Assembly: GCA_013115145.1 (NCBI GenBank)
Contig: JAAPAO010000134.1
Location: 2,620-66,619 of the forward strand
Length of the DNA stretch: 64,000 nt
Direction: 5' to 3'
From: Perkinsus chesapeaki ATCC PRA-425
Taxonomy: Eukaryota; Protista; Perkinsozoa
A program made the translations under genes and the position numbers. Of the stretch, positions 1-14,668 are shown one piece after another. A model generated the notes under the pieces. That model worked only from the letters and a program-made list of their open reading frames with translations. It was not told the DNA's origin and made no database searches. Positions within the stretch are counted from its first letter, which is position 1. Each line of letters starts with the position of its first letter.

Positions 1-3000
1 TCTAGATCGCCCAAAACCCTAAGGCACTCCAGACTTTGAACAATAACAGATTGCGGTACGGGTATCCATGCCAATAGCTTCGAAATGAATCGGCTTCCTA
101 AATCGGACACAGGGATGTGCCTTGGCCGATCCACTGAACGAAATCATCGGTAGAACTCATATGAGAAATCATCGAACTCGTATGAGGTGAGTGCTGAAAC
201 TGGACGCAAAAAGTCCATCATCTCTACCAACCGGTTGCGATGTCCCCAGATCCTCTTGGTTATTGATGCATCAACATCGACGTACTCGGAGTTGGTTAAG
301 ACTCTTAACTTTAAAAGAAATGGCTATATTTATACAAACGGCTCATCACTACAAATGATTCACTGATAGTGATTTACTATTTGGTGACCTTGCAACTTCA
401 CGAGCTTATTCTGCTTATCGCTCACTAGGCAGATATGTTGAAAGCTAGTTGACTCATCTAAGCTGAGCCCACGCAATGGAAGAGTCTCACCTGGACAGTG
501 ACGCCGCCTATTATCTGCAAAAGAAACTCATCGTGGCCATCAAATTTAGCAGGAGCTCCGCTGCTTGCACCTACTTTAACTCGATGATATATAAACTGAC
601 TCTAGAAAAGCTTAGTCCGACAATGCGACGTTCTAGGATCTTATCGGGACCCCTTAGGGAGCTTCACTGAAACCCTTTTAAGAGAATATTGAAACCGTTT
701 CAGCTTTCTCTACTGTACGTAAAGTGCGCTGCAGAAATACAAGTTGAGGAAAAACAATCTAGGGATGTCCCGCAATATAAGCGCCATATAGAGGTAATCA
801 TCAGCGTGATTAACATGTAACAATATGTAGAACCAACGGAGGTCTCTTAAACACAAGTAGTTTTCACCGAAGCAATTATGGTATTGGGGACAACTCACTT
901 CCGACGCCCGTGATAAGACTGTGGGAGGGAGATAGCTTGTTGATTACTTGAAGAACCTAACCAAGGCATAACGCCGTGAGAAAGGCTCGCTAATTCACGT
1001 ACAGCAAGACACTTAGGTCCTCTCATGATAGGCATACAAAGAACGCTTCTCGTGCGATACCCAGTCGCTTTATCAACACTCGAGTTAAAACGAGGATCAT
1101 TATATCTAAGAATCAAGATACTCCACGGCGAACAGCAACTCAGCAGTCTCACGCATCAACTATGTTAATCGGTGATCTACTTGTATATGCCGCCCCAACA
1201 AGGCCACCAGAGAGAGGTATCTGAACAAAGGAAAATATTGACAAGTTTTCCATATCTTCATAGTTGGTAGTTTGCAATCAAAATGATTTAGCGGAATCCT
1301 AGAACGGTGGGAATAGCTATCCAAGAAGTAGGTATAGATACAATGGAGGGAAGCTTACCCGTAGTGCCGTTGGTTTACTAGTGTCACCTTCTTCAGTATT
1401 ATCTGAACTGTGTGGTGCATTACCAGTATCTGAAGTAGTTAGTAAAATGAATAATACTATTTCGCTACGCTTCGTCCAAGCAGTCTGCCTTCTCTCGTCT
1501 ATCACCCATATAGCTACACGATCGCAGTTGATGTATCTGGACAAAGCCCTGAGTGATCGGACGTGATCTGGAGGATCCCTACTTGACGCATAGTGAGGAA
1601 ATTGCCGCAAGTGCCTCGCTTGAATCCCTTATGCGAGAAATCTCATCAATGTGCTCGAGCAGATCTCTCAGTGCATTGGATCGTTGATAGAAGAGAGAGA
1701 ACTCCCTGAAGAGAAGGTTTATTTCCGCAGATTCATAGTGGCCAATGGTAACGCTGCGGTGGTAGAGCTCACAACCATGGTGCGCCTGTCGATTCTGTTT
1801 CTGTTTCTGGAGCTAGGCTAAAGTAATAATCTTCTTATCGCTCGATGTATAGTTGAGATTTTACCACCCTAATCCCGAGTATTGATTTAATACGTGGATC
1901 ATACGATAGATAATCCTCCTCCAGTTGCTGCTAAGGTTTGTCACTTGTTAAATGTTGAAGATGGCTCTTGGTTGCCCTTCCTCACTGCTTCCGAGAAGTA
2001 TTGCTAAGTGTTGTATTGATTTAGAATGCTTAGAAGAATCATGAAGCTCGAGGAGCTGCTTGCTTTTGATCTCATCCAGTCACACTAGGGACGGTTACTG
2101 ATCACCGACGAGGTGTTCTTGTAGCTTACGGCTACGCATCAATAATACTTCTATGTTTCTTTATACCACTTTAGTTTCTTAAATCTCCGAGGAGCAAAGT
2201 CCGGACAAATATTTTATCAAACCTCAGCTAAGTGTCAACAAATGAACTCACTTGTCTCTATATACATTTCTAACCGAAAATACAGAAGTTGTTAGCCTAC
2301 CGGCAAAGCACGTCGATGCAGGTTATTCGATCTTCGTCATTGAGAATGGCCTCCTCTAAAAACACATTCGGAAAGTATCCATGTGTCGCGACAATGTAAC
2401 TGTTCATGACCAACATCAATAATCAGGAAACGCTCCGCTTTTCGTACGTTAGAAAATCTATGACGAACTCTGGAGCGTTCTGCACGCACAAGGGCGTCTG
2501 AAGCAAATGCTCGAAAAATAAAGCGCTATGAGCTCATACGTAAGTATCGAAACAGTAGTTGTTTCTCTTCACCGATATTCCACCGGTATCATTTGTAGTA
2601 GTTTCTAAGGAGCCTTCTCGCACGCTGAAATCATATTATCGACCGGAGGATAAGAGAGCAAGCGTACGCTTTGGCGGCTTTCATTCGAGCGTTGAACAGC
2701 TTGCGCTGTTTTTCAGAAAATCTTAACTTCCGACTTTGTTCATGCAGCCTTCCTAAAGCTCACTATTAGCTACTATGCGAAACGGCTGGGCGTACGCGTC
2801 AGCAACTTCACTTGTTTAACGAGATGCTTGTTCCGTGCGGCCAAATCTGACCCTGTTCTCGATGATTCTCTCCCCATGCTAGGAAGTGTCGATTCTCGCG
2901 ATGTTGACATCTCCCTCTCCAGCAACATCTCATTGGCACTTATAATCTTTCCGGATTCTCTCATCGACCTCAGCAAGCCTAGTGAGAACAGTTAGTCAAA

Positions 3001-5110
3001 ACAAGTCAAGATGGAGCTCGAATTTCAGCAAAAATTATGAGCTCACGGCAGAAGCTAGCGGCATGCTGAAATCTTGGCGAAGCGAGCGCAGCACGATTTT
3101 GGAGTTAAAAGTTTCAATACATCGCACTTGAAAGATCGAGATGGACTCCCGATCCAACTTATCGGGTCGGAGTTCATGTCCTACTTCCGGCGTCGACAAG
3201 ATGCACTTAGCACACTTCCTTTAAACGCTCTCCTACGTTCGAGATCCTGCAACTTGCTTCTGGTGTGTAATAACTGTTGCGCCTTATCAGATAGCTCGTG
3301 TTTCATCTGATCATTCCATGAATCTTTAATGGTTAAAGCAGTATCACTGCAAGGCTTTCTTGTCTAAGCGAGTAGAGTTCAGCTTCTAGTCGATTCACCT
3401 CTCTCTCCAGCCTCGACGAAACTGCGCTATGTCTGCTAACTTCCGATCAGTACGATCTTACTAGACTCGTTTTTGGATAGTTTGACAGCGGTATTATGCA
3501 GCGCTCGTGTTGTCCTAACAAGAGCTTTCTCTTGATCCTGCTGTTCCGTCACTCGTGCCTGATTTCACCGTTTTACTTCTACTGGCTATTGGTAAGCTAC
3601 TCCAAGGTCCAAGAGAACCTTCCTGAGCTCGCTTATTGTATTGAATGTAAGCCCGGGTACTTCAGTTGCTTTGTCGCATAATAAATCGAGGGAAGATGTG
3701 ATCTGTTCTAACACCGGTACACTGTAGCAGCAGGGGAGGAATCAACTTACTTCCGACTCGAGAACTTTTCTATATTCATCGCATCGGTTGTGAAGTTTCG
3801 ATACCAGATTCTGAGCATCAAAAAGTGTTGGTTGCATTTGAGTGCATTCAATAATGCAAATGGTGGATTGTTTACCAAGATCAATGATAAATTAGACGTA
3901 GGTATATAGATTATAGAGCATATTACGGGCGATAAGTTCGTGAGATTAAGTGCCCAAAAAGGAAACAGTGAACTATTGACCCTTTTCGATACTTTCACTG
4001 AGATTCAGACTCGACGTAAATTTCTGTCTTTTGAGAAAATTCAAAAGATGTAAATTTTCGTGTATTGCGCGCACAAGTTGCGCGCTTACATCTACCGTAC
4101 CACCGTGAATTTACTAGTCAAACTGCTCAGATAATGTAGTCTAAGAACAGAATTAGTAAACACATAAAATAGCACTATTTTAGGACTTAGAAAAATAGCT
4201 TATTCATTTCTTATTTCAGTTTATTTATTTAGTAGTTTATTTCAGAAGTTTATTTTAATAAAATAGTATATATTGTATCATATTATTGGTAACAGAGCGT
4301 TGGACTAATGCCATTAGTAATGCATGATAGTATATTACTATTATTATAATATATGATAAAACTGATGAGGACCAAGAATGCTAATCATAATGGTAACGAT
4401 AACCTTATCAATAAAAATGAGGACATGGCAGGGAGTTGCTGAGGGACTAACGATAAACAGACTACTAGGTGTAGATTAGAACTAGAGCGAAGAGTACGGT
4501 AGATGGTATGTTCGATGGGCATTGTTCGCTTATAGAGCAAATAGCAAGAAAATATCTCAACAGTGAGGGAAATATGCAATAGATCAATAATGGCCCACCT
4601 CATAAAAATAGGAGTCGGGTACCGCAGCAGTATCATCCTGAGCTATGGTAATAGAAGTGCCATCGAGCGACATGGACTTAAACCTGAAGGAAGAAAATAC
4701 ACACATGAGAAGGAACGATCCGGGTTCGGGGTTTTAAAGGTTCGTCAAGCTGTCATCGGGCTCCCTAAAACTAATATATAAATCTGAATTAGATTTATCT
4801 AATGAGATAGAAAGAATGCCGCTCTGCAACGAGGTACGTGGACATCCGATGCGATAATAGAAGGTATATAAGACAACTCTGCACAGGCGAGTGATTCAAG
4901 CAATAGCGAACAATAGCCCCAGCCAGTGTATTCTAATATAGCAACATCGCACGACCACCACACCACTTACCTCCCCTCAACATCTTTAATAATTTTCTTA
5001 AGTCTTCCACGCAGCTCTTTATTGTCCCATCTCAGACCCTGTACCGCCCTTATCAAGTTGCGACGGTCCTCCTCGGTTTTCTTATCTTCTGCCACTGAAC
5101 TGTGCAACTG
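1..5110 (-). CDS. Multi-exon coiled-coil + GAF-domain protein (cyclic-nucleotide phosphodiesterase-type GAF), 3' end beyond window
   Basis: Spliced GT-AG exons at about 890-1550 give [20 protein letters not shown]...[23 protein letters not shown]|[34 protein letters not shown]|VLQVINK, a classic PDE-type GAF. Upstream exons (2773-2976, ~3200-3310, ~3750-3810, ~4960-5110) are heptad-like and charged. Joining them to the GAF part and the 5' end are inferred. No PDE catalytic domain is visible in the window. Confidence 0.7.
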
Positions 5111-5524
5111 GCACCGGTCGCGTTATGCAAATACATTATTATCGAGCACCTCAAGCGATGACACATCATGGACACTTCTCGAAGAAGGTTCTGAAGGGAA
5201 CCTAGCTTCTCGTCCTGATGCCAAGGTCCCTTTAGGCTCCTCCTTGGTCCTGTCCATTATCAAGAACAATCGTTACCGTGAGAATTCCCACTGAAGAGAG
5301 TTAATGCTCAAGGTGTGACAGAGAGAACCCCTCTTAAAGCAAGAACAAAATGCCGCTACCCGCCAGATCTTAATCAGTAAGCCGCAAACTGGTGAAACTA
5401 GCAATGGAGTAATGTGTTGTTCGAGTTGTATAAGGAGTCTAATAGCCACTACTGGGGTGCTACTAGTATATATAACTCTGTATTAGAGAGCTCCTATTCA
5501 CATTGTCAGTGACGAAAACTATCA

Positions 5525-8500
5525 CAGGGACACTGTCCGGGTAATGGGAGAATGATGAGAACTCGAGAGCCGGTATCCTCTGACTTTCTGACAAGCTGAA
5601 GAGAGCTGGGAAGGGGACTGAAACGGGATTGAATGCACTTGAGCTCCCAGTGTCTCATTGTCCAAACTACGGCTATGGCCTGTTAAAGATTCTGTCATGG
5701 GAAATTCCTAATCGGAAGGTTAATTTACTGCACAATACAAGAATTGAAGAAGTCATAGCAATAGTACACGAAAAATACAACAAAGCAGTTATTCGCTATC
5801 TTCTTCACTCTTCACATTCGTGCCACCAAATTCTCGATCAAAGGACTGCTTCGCTTGCCTCAGCAAATGCTCAAACAGGCCGCTCGGAACAGGAGCCACG
5901 TTCGAGCCGTCGAAAGGCTCCGACCTCGGGGTCAATAGACCAGCCATCGAGGCACTCCGGTTCAATCCAGAGGGACCGCATTTTCCTGCATGCCAGTCCG
6001 ACGCCACCGTGTACAATGTGAAAGGTACAGTAGCGATTGCAGGGCCGAGAATTACACCGCGCGCCCCGAACCAGCTGACGCCAAGGCCAACGGCTACCGC
6101 CGACATCCAGGGGTTGGCGTCGGGAATCTCAGAGTAGATAGCGGGACCGACATACCACCAGACAAGGAAATTGAGTATTGCTGCTACGGTGCCACAGGCT
6201 TGGGCCAGGCCTCGGTCGTAGGCTAGGAATATATAAGGTACTATAAAGAATGATACAAGACATGGGGATACCTGAGGAAGAGGAACCAGTTATGGACATA
6301 CAAGCAAGAGCTTCAAATTCCGGTCGATGCCTTCTGTCAATAAACCAGTTCAAGGGCGCACAAACAATGCTAGGAGGCCGTAGTCGCTCGAGGCAATTTT
6401 TAGGGTGGACTTCAACACCTCCGCCCCGAAGATTCGAGGAGACAGCTTCATGAACTCCACCGAAGAAGGCTGGTAGATATTCCACATGTTTGAGATTGAA
6501 AGCTGTCGGAGGTGCTTACCACTGGTAGAAGGCCTATGATGAACGCTATACAAGCTGGTATATAGGCAACTGGGCAATCGAATATCTGAAGAAGGAGGCA
6601 AATACTGCACGACAGGGACTAAAACCAAAACACACGCAACCTCTAGATCGAATAATCATCTCATCTAAGTTGACCACAGTCTCAACTGGCTCCCAATTTG
6701 GAGTACTGACATCACAGATAGAGGCATTTCAAAATGTAACTACACACCAGCTGGAATTACTAATAGCCCAAGACTACGCCAGAGACATAGTATGATAATG
6801 ATACTACATTCGAACAGAGGGAATACCAGGCACGTTGCGAAATGAGCCAATCTAAGCTGATTACCGTGTTGAGTGGTTGTCAATACAAGATACAGACATT
6901 GCTATGATAATAACAATGTGTGTTACCCAATTTGTCTACCCGTGGTCATCGTGTTCGAGGCCGGGTAGAGTAAAGAGGAAAATTGACAGCATGGGAGCTC
7001 CTTGCATTTCCTCCGGGCTCAACATTGAACGGTTCCTGGTCTAAGTCGATCCCCAGACTTACCGAGAAGACCAACCATGTGTAAATGCCATGAAATATAG
7101 CCATTTTAATTGCACTGTAAAGTATTGCCTTCAAAGCTCTACGAAGAATGTTATATAGATAGAACGACGGGTCTATCACTTGGAGCACCTGCAGAAGGAT
7201 AAATGATATAGTCACAGATACTGGCAATGACGATCTGTACATATATTAAAGGACTATATCCAGTAATTAATATGTTTGTTTTATATATATAAACCCCCTC
7301 ACAAAATGATATGACCTCTACACTTTTGAGCATAAAATACTAACGACAAAGAGTTAGGACTTGATATTTTGCGAGAACAACTTTTTTAGTGAAAAACTAT
7401 CGTAAAAATCTTTACGATACTGGTACAAACTGTCATGTGACAGCTGACAATCTCGCTCGCCCGGAATCAAAAACTGAAACTGTCACAATCTGCATGTGCA
7501 TATATATTTGTATATATGGCACAGTGAAATACATTTCAAGGGACGAGTGGCTTCTGCTGCATCTACCTCCCGGACACCAGCTGTGAAGTCTGTCTACCAA
7601 ATTCCTGTAAAATTGAGAAAGAGAGTTAAGACGTTATTTGAATTAATGACGCTATTGACGCTATTTTCAACTAACAGATTTACGACGTAAATTCTACGTT
7701 TTATGTTTCGGTACTGCTACAGAGGTTTTTGCAGCAAAGCTGAGACCTCAAGAACCGAAGTTGGGCTAGCAAACTTCCATTTTCCTCATATTTCAACAAC
7801 TTACTGTAGCCATGTAATCGTGCAGTCCACCTTGTTCGGATTGCAGGAGGTAATATAAAGCAGTGACGGCGAAGAAGAAGTGGAATAGGCTATCCACCAA
7901 TGTACCAATAATACCGCTAACGACGCTCAATGAGAACTGTATACCAGCCTGCACAGGAACGAATACGCTCATCACAAACAAGGCGTTGAATGAATTCAGT
8001 GAATTGATGTCCTTTCCCTTGTCGAAGTTTCGTAAAGAAAAACGATACAAGATATATATGCAGCACTGTTTGCGTATCAGGCTGAGACTAATAAGTCTAT
8101 AGGATACCGATATACGTCAGTGCCCTGATGCTCTGAGTTGCTTGGCAACCGTAGGCCCAACGCATAAACGATTCAGCGAGGCCCTAGTTCCACATTCCTT
8201 GCCGAGAAAAACGTCAGAAGTGACCTCCGATAGAGGCCCCTACGCTACAGGTGACGATCTTGTGAGATTAAGTGTTCGAAAAAGAGCAACAGAGTTAGAT
8301 ATCGACCCTCTTCGATGGGGCAGCTGTCAAAATGTCCACTTCGCCGAGTGTTCCCCGATCACCGACTCACCAGAGATGCATGCCCAGAGGCCGTCAGAAC
8401 ATCCATAAGAAGTCCTCCAATGATCGCCGCCGCACCACTTGCAGTATGATTGCCAGACGTATCATTCACAGCGTGATCGACAGATTCACCACTGTCATAA

Positions 8501-11500
8501 TACTGCTTAACCTGATCACCAAAGCTCCCTGGGGTGCTGTTTCGGCCAATACTGCCTACTTCCTTATATGCAGATAGCAACAACGATGGTGACGTAGCCA
8601 AAGTCTTCAGATTCCAGTTTTGAAGAAGTCTAGCGACCTCTGTAGTGTTGCCAAAAGCCGCGCCAGAGTAGCCGCTCTTCCCGATAGAGTAGCCATCATT
8701 GAATATATCTTCAACGCCTCGAGCATATGAGCAAGCCGGGAATGTGCCAGCACATTGAAGAAATATACCGTCACCAGTAGGAACCATATCCTGCACCGTT
8801 GCGTTACTGCTGCTGTTACTACCGGAAATAACCTGAAAAAGCTCGGAAAAGCAGCAGCTGAATTTGATCTTGAAAGAATAGTATAATTGATAAGATATTG
8901 AATTGATTATGATATATATAGTTAATAATCCTCGTCAAATTCAATACTCCTGGATTTACACAATTCCTTCCTTCAAAAGAAATGAAGACCCAAGAGGACT
9001 ATATCCCTGCAAGATTCGATCATCCATGGCGAAGGTAAGCAGGTTTCTTACACAATCTCAAATCTTTTCCCTTTTTTCACGTTTCCTCTTTCTACAAGAA
9101 CTAGCACCGAAGGAGAGCCTTTCGCATACAAGACAGCTTCGCGGTATTCTCGCTCCTAGAGGCCATACAAATATCTCACCATTTCGATGTAGTTGTATAA
9201 GTCCTTCGTCTTGGTCGTCACCGCATCCGTCTCGATGAAGTGTGACACTGCATCACTCGCGGCAGAATAAGCCAGTTCAGCGTACTGCTTATAGGGGTGG
9301 AGAGCCTTCATTTCAAGCAAACTTCGCGCGCCACGAAATAGGCTCGCCAGAGCGTCCCAAATATAGGCGAACTCCAGGGAGATGTTGTAGCCTATATAAG
9401 CCGCCAGGACCGTACCAAGCACCGAGAAGGTTATCATAACACTTGTAGTCGAGATAAAATCCGCATTCGACTTGATGAAATTATTGCACACTTTGCCACC
9501 CCAGGAGAATACTTTCATCAGTCCATCATATGAAACCGTAAAAAGCTTCTGGCTGATACGGCCAAGTGGAGACTGCCCGGAAGCCTCCTCATTTGAGGTG
9601 TCATCAATGCTGTCTGGCTCGGACGAGGGGCATTCAGATTCACTGGGGATATCATCCACTCCTATCTAAGAAGGTTCGAATGTATTACTAGGGACGACTC
9701 AGACAAGTTAGAGGGCGAGCATGCGGCCAAGACAGTTTCGATGCATGCTCCTCCTTATTTCTCGTCAAACCGCATCCGAAGTGTCATCGACAAATATGTA
9801 AATACATGAATTATCGCAATTTTCGACGGTTTCACATGATTCACCCAACGAGAGAGATACGCATGGCTGCCATGATCATTGGGATCAAAAAAGGTTAAAG
9901 ACCGTCACATTGAAGGAGTCTCAGAAGATGGCAGACCATATAATTCTGTAAGGTGGGGCTCATTTGATATTCAACGGGGAGATTGTCGTATTAATAATAT
10001 TTTAATTTAATATAGGCTCAGCCTTTTACGACTGACTGAGCCTGCAGCGATACTCCTATAGTGGCTTCTGTCTGCCTGGTGAAAGGCGAAGTGCTGCTGC
10101 CCGAGGAAAACAAACTAATTTAGTATTACTATACTAATGCTATATGATTCTTACTTAATATATTTACTAATAATATATTACTATTATAATTATGATTCAT
10201 ACCAACATTAGTATATACTTATCACGCCGATTGAGTTCCCTAGTGGCATATTGTAAAACGAATAAAGAAGGATCTTGATAACGAACCTATCGAAGTCTAG
10301 TCCAGAAAAAATCATATTTACGCTTTGTTCATTTTTGGCGCCACCATCAACAAATCTGTGACAAGAGGAATAACATCTCAGCAGGCCACCGCCATGCACC
10401 TCTGACCGAACCGCTCACCCGCTACCGTTCAGTTCCAAACTGATCGCTAATCGAACTCTTCAATATATTTCAACACACTTAATCGTTTACAACTATTATC
10501 GCCACTAGATGATATGTATGGTCGACACTTATTTCAAAACACCCTGTATTTAGTTCCTCACTTCATCGTCCCGTTGCTGCTGGCCACCCTCTGTTCCCTC
10601 CTCCTCAATCTTGACTTCACTAACCCGCCTCGACCGACTCCTCCTTCCCGAGCTCATCACAGAACTAATCCGCTTCCTCTTGCTGTTGTTGCTGTGCAAA
10701 TACAGGAAAACTTTCCCAAGGCCACAAAGCCACCGGACCACCAACGACGATGATACAGCCACAACAGTGTACCACAATATAGAGTTGTAAGCTGCGGGAA
10801 AGGCCCAAGCGAACTTCCAAAAATACAGATACAATAATAAAACGCGCCACAGGATTCGGAAGTAAAGACTGCTGCCACCATCATCCCTAGGCAGTAAAAT
10901 ATACACTGCGAAGTGGTACGAAAGCTTCACCACTTGCTTGGCTTGTCGGAGAGACATCTTCAAGATGGCTTCAAATGGGCTTAGTGGCAGATTCAGCGGC
11001 TTCGAGGCGTCGATGCGGTCCACGTTGCCCTAATAAGCAGCACATATCAGTACCAAATTTTACTACTCAAATGAGCCGAGCTGAGGGAGATTAGTACGCG
11101 TGTTGAATCGTATATTTCATTATTGTAAATAATCATTACAAATATACAATATTATTATATTGTACTTTATTGCATATCTATAAAATTGTAAAACAGAATA
11201 GTTAAAGTAACAGACATCTTTCTGGCGCTATCAGCAGCCTCTTCTACTAGACAGTGGAAACTTGCTATCATCTCGCAAGTAGGACTGATACAGCCCTACT
11301 AGCACAACTCTATTATTTCGTGGCGCACCCTCAGGCTCATTTGGGCCCATCTTCGATGATCAAACTCGGGTGAAATATCTCGTGAAGTTACGATCAATTT
11401 CTGTGTATAATATATACAGGTTATTAATTATTCTTCGACGTGAAGATAGAAGAAGCCTTTGAAAAGGCCGACTCAAGCTGGTTTACTGTGGTTGACATTC

Positions 11501-11971
11501 CAACATTCCAATCAACTTGCAGGAGCAACTTACTTCTTCAGTCTTCTCATCACCATCTTGAACGCTGCTGTCCCTCGCTTCATTCCTGTCACTAACCAGC
11601 GCCTTTCTCGGGGACTTCCCGTGGTCGCTCGAGTGTATATTGAATATACTCAGTAGAAGGGCCTTAACGAGCTGCTTGGGAGGGAACAGCAGCAAGTAAG
11701 CCACAATGACCCAGAAGAGTGTTTGCAAAAATGGATACAGCAGGACGTAGTTGAGTCCCAAGAGCGCTGTAACACCGATACAGAGCAGCACGACCAGGTA
11801 AGCTCTCACCCACATAGATGGCTGGGCACTGGCTTTATTAGATTCATACATGATTCGAGTTAAATGGCGCTCAAGTCGCGCTTCGTGGTCATAAAGAGCC
11901 TCGGTGAAGGCGTGGACCAAACGAGCATCATCGTCATTATCAGGATCTTTGGTAGGTTGATTGGATGACAT
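5525..11971 (-). CDS. TMEM245: TMEM245-like (AI-2E/UPF0118-related) multi-pass membrane protein, many exons
   Basis: N-terminal exon contains LLYPFLQTLFWVIVAYLLLFPPK. C-terminal exons contain YSAIKMAIFHGIYTWLVFS and AVAVGLGVSWFGARGVILGP, matching TMEM245 family motifs (KMAxFxGxYTWL, GxxGAIxGP). ORF fragments 10550-11023, 9156-9659, 8359-8796, 7793-8050 and 6946-7242 lie on the same strand. 3' end approximate. Confidence 0.75.
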
Positions 11972-12951
11972 ATAAAAATCATCAGACTACTAAGGTGGCG
12001 AATCTGTCTGCACTAATAATAATAAGCAAGATACCGAGATCTTTTCATTCTTTGTCGGTTTGTTGTTTGATGAGTTATACTACAAATAGTTAGTGTTGGA
12101 CTAACAGATATACATATATTAAAATCCTGACTGTGACTCGTGATCCGCGCTCTCCTTAACAATGGTAGAGGAAGCTCGAAGCAGCATCACGGAACTGCCT
12201 AACAACGAGGACGATTTGATACGACCTGGTAAGATCAAACTGGCGAGATCGTCCTTCGCATTGTGGTTTCCCGTCCTCCATTCATATTTAATAAATACCA
12301 ATTCCTGGATTGATCCCTGAGCTGAGTCGGACGTGAGCACCAAGGCTAGTTTCCAATCTACGCCGACGTACTCATAATTTTGACGAAATATGCTTCCAAA
12401 ACACTTCTTCATTTCACATGAAAGATTGAACCACGTTCACTATAAACGAAGAAAAACGTTTTCATAAGATTTTTTCATCAGAAATTGCGCAAAACTTTTT
12501 CTACGGAATCTTCTTGGAGCGTCACCTTTCAAGATACTTACCCGAATTAATCGACACAACAGTAGACGCCAACCATCAATAGATGATCGGTTCACTGAAT
12601 ACTGAATATTTTCGGTATCAGCCGCGCGGGCAGAACTCTCCTGCGTAGAACTGCCAGAAGGTCCAACTAATAAGCTGCTCTTTATGCGGTCAGCATTAAC
12701 TATTAAGTATCGGTGTTATTAATGTACACCATATACTCTACAGGTAATGACCAGCACCCGTCCCACAGATAGAACTGCCACAAGCTCATTGATAACTGAC
12801 CAAGAACACAACACTTTGTCAACCTCACGGTAAGTATAGGAAATTCTAAACATTCTCATCTTTATAACATTGATAGTAGCAGACATTGAAAAAACAACGG
12901 TGACCAGCAACTATTATAACCAATCTGCTATCATTGTATAATATAAATTAC

Positions 12952-14668
12952 TTATAGCTGACCACCGTGAGCACCATCACCAGGCGCAACGGCAATAGTA
13001 TCGCACTTGATACCGCTGGCCTTCTGGTACTTATCGGCAACCTCTTTACAGAAATCATCAACCTTATCAGCTTCTACAAGATTAATGGTGCAACCACCGA
13101 AACCGCCGCCCATCAAACGAGCTCCCAGGAATCCTGGGCACCCCTGAGCTTGATCGAACATGATATCCAGCTCCTTGCAAGAGTTGCCGAAATCGTCACG
13201 ACTAGAGACATGAGACTCGTTCATGAGCTGGCCGAACTTCTTCATGTCCTTCTTGGCAATGGCATCCATGGCCTCAGCCACACGCGTGTTCTCGCCGACG
13301 ATGTGATTGGCTCTCTTGCGATCGTCCTCGGACAAGCTGGACTTCTTCTCCTCGTAGGTCTTAGCATCGATATCTCTCAAGAAGGGAACACCAAGAGCCT
13401 TGGCGGCATCGAAACAGCACTTCCTGAGCTCGTTGTATTTACCATCTACCAGCTGGTGAGGAGCGTGAGTGTTGCAGAGAACGAAACGAACGTCATCTGA
13501 AGAAAGGAAGAATCTGTGGGATAATAGACGGTAATTGAGATGTTAGTGAGCTTTTACCGACCACCCCTACAACCTATGAGCCAAGTAGCTAAACTTCATA
13601 AGACCACGGTGAACCAGAAAAATTCGATCAAATCGCTGGCTGTTGCTGGAAAGCTGAAAAATGGAGGAGAGAATATACTCACCTTGCAGAGGGACATAAT
13701 CGCAGCTGTTATCACGGCAATCGAGATGAACCAACTGACCACTCTTGCCGAATGCTGAAGTATACTGGTCAAGAATTCCACAACCCATACCAACAAAGTT
13801 ATTCCTAAAATAAAGAAATTGCGAACCACAAGCGGTTAGCTAGCTTACTCGGCACTCTTACAAGCCAAAACGACATCAAGAAGCTTGGCCTTGTAGAGCT
13901 TGCTCTCGGGACCATCCAATTCACGGATGAGATTGGCGGTGGCGAGCTCGATGGCAGCCGAGGAGGAAACACCGGCACCTGAAAAGGCAGACGATAAGAC
14001 TGGCTATGACTCATAGCCTATGAGCCTTCCTAAAGACCGTTCAGTAAGTGCCTTCAAGCGAGTAGCCACAGTAGGCGAAAATTCCAAGTACTACACCGAA
14101 GGTTCGTCTAATATTGCCAGATATCAAAACAGAAGAAATTGAGTTACAATTTCAGCCAGTGAAAGAGCAAAACGAACGGCGCATCAACATTCCAAATTGC
14201 CGAAATATCTCTCCTACTCACCAACAGGGACATTAGAGTGAATGCAAGCCTGGAATGCTGGTACTTCATAACCAGCTTTCCTCAACTCAACAATGACACC
14301 CTTGGAGTAGTTCGCCCAGGAGTTCTCTCCCTCGTATTTAGTATCGTCGTTGAGGTCGAACTCAACTACGTTCTTGAAGGCAGTGCTGTAGAGGCGCACC
14401 TTGTCATCAGGTGACTTAGCGCCGACGACAACGGTGTAACGATCGATGGCAGCCGACAGTACGAAACCCTCATTGTAATCGGTATGATTGCCGAGAATCT
14501 CAATACGGCCTGAGGGACAGAAAATGCCAAGACAGATATGTGAAGATCATTCCTACCTGGAGCGGCACCGAAGGCAGTTGGCTCGGAACCGAACTTCTCA
14601 GTGTAGTCCTTAACAGCAACCTCGATAAGTGAGGCAGCGGGAGTCTTTGGGGTACTGGTCATTCCCAT
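12952..14668 (-). CDS. GALK: Galactokinase (GHMP kinase family)
   Basis: AAPG|RIEILGNHTDYNEGFVL (galactokinase signature after removing a GT-AG intron), MGCGILDQY and GARLMGGGFGGCTINLV; stop at 12952. Confidence 0.96.

Noticed and set aside
2189-2204. GAGGAGCAAAGTCCGG resembling the RNase P P4 motif
   Set aside because: Imperfect match with no partner 3' P4 strand found.
10015-10042. U5 snRNA-like loop GCCTTTTAC in a hairpin
   Set aside because: No convincing Sm site or second stem, and it lies within or next to probable TMEM245 exon sequence on the other strand.
12119-12910. Possible small gene between TMEM245 and galactokinase
   Set aside because: The ORFs (97 and 63 aa) have no recognisable motif, and I could not build a consistent exon chain.
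12967-13500. 177-aa plus-strand ORF
   Set aside because: Antisense shadow of GC-rich galactokinase exons with no independent motifs. The same applies to 5820-6137, 8142-8408 and 30246-30599.
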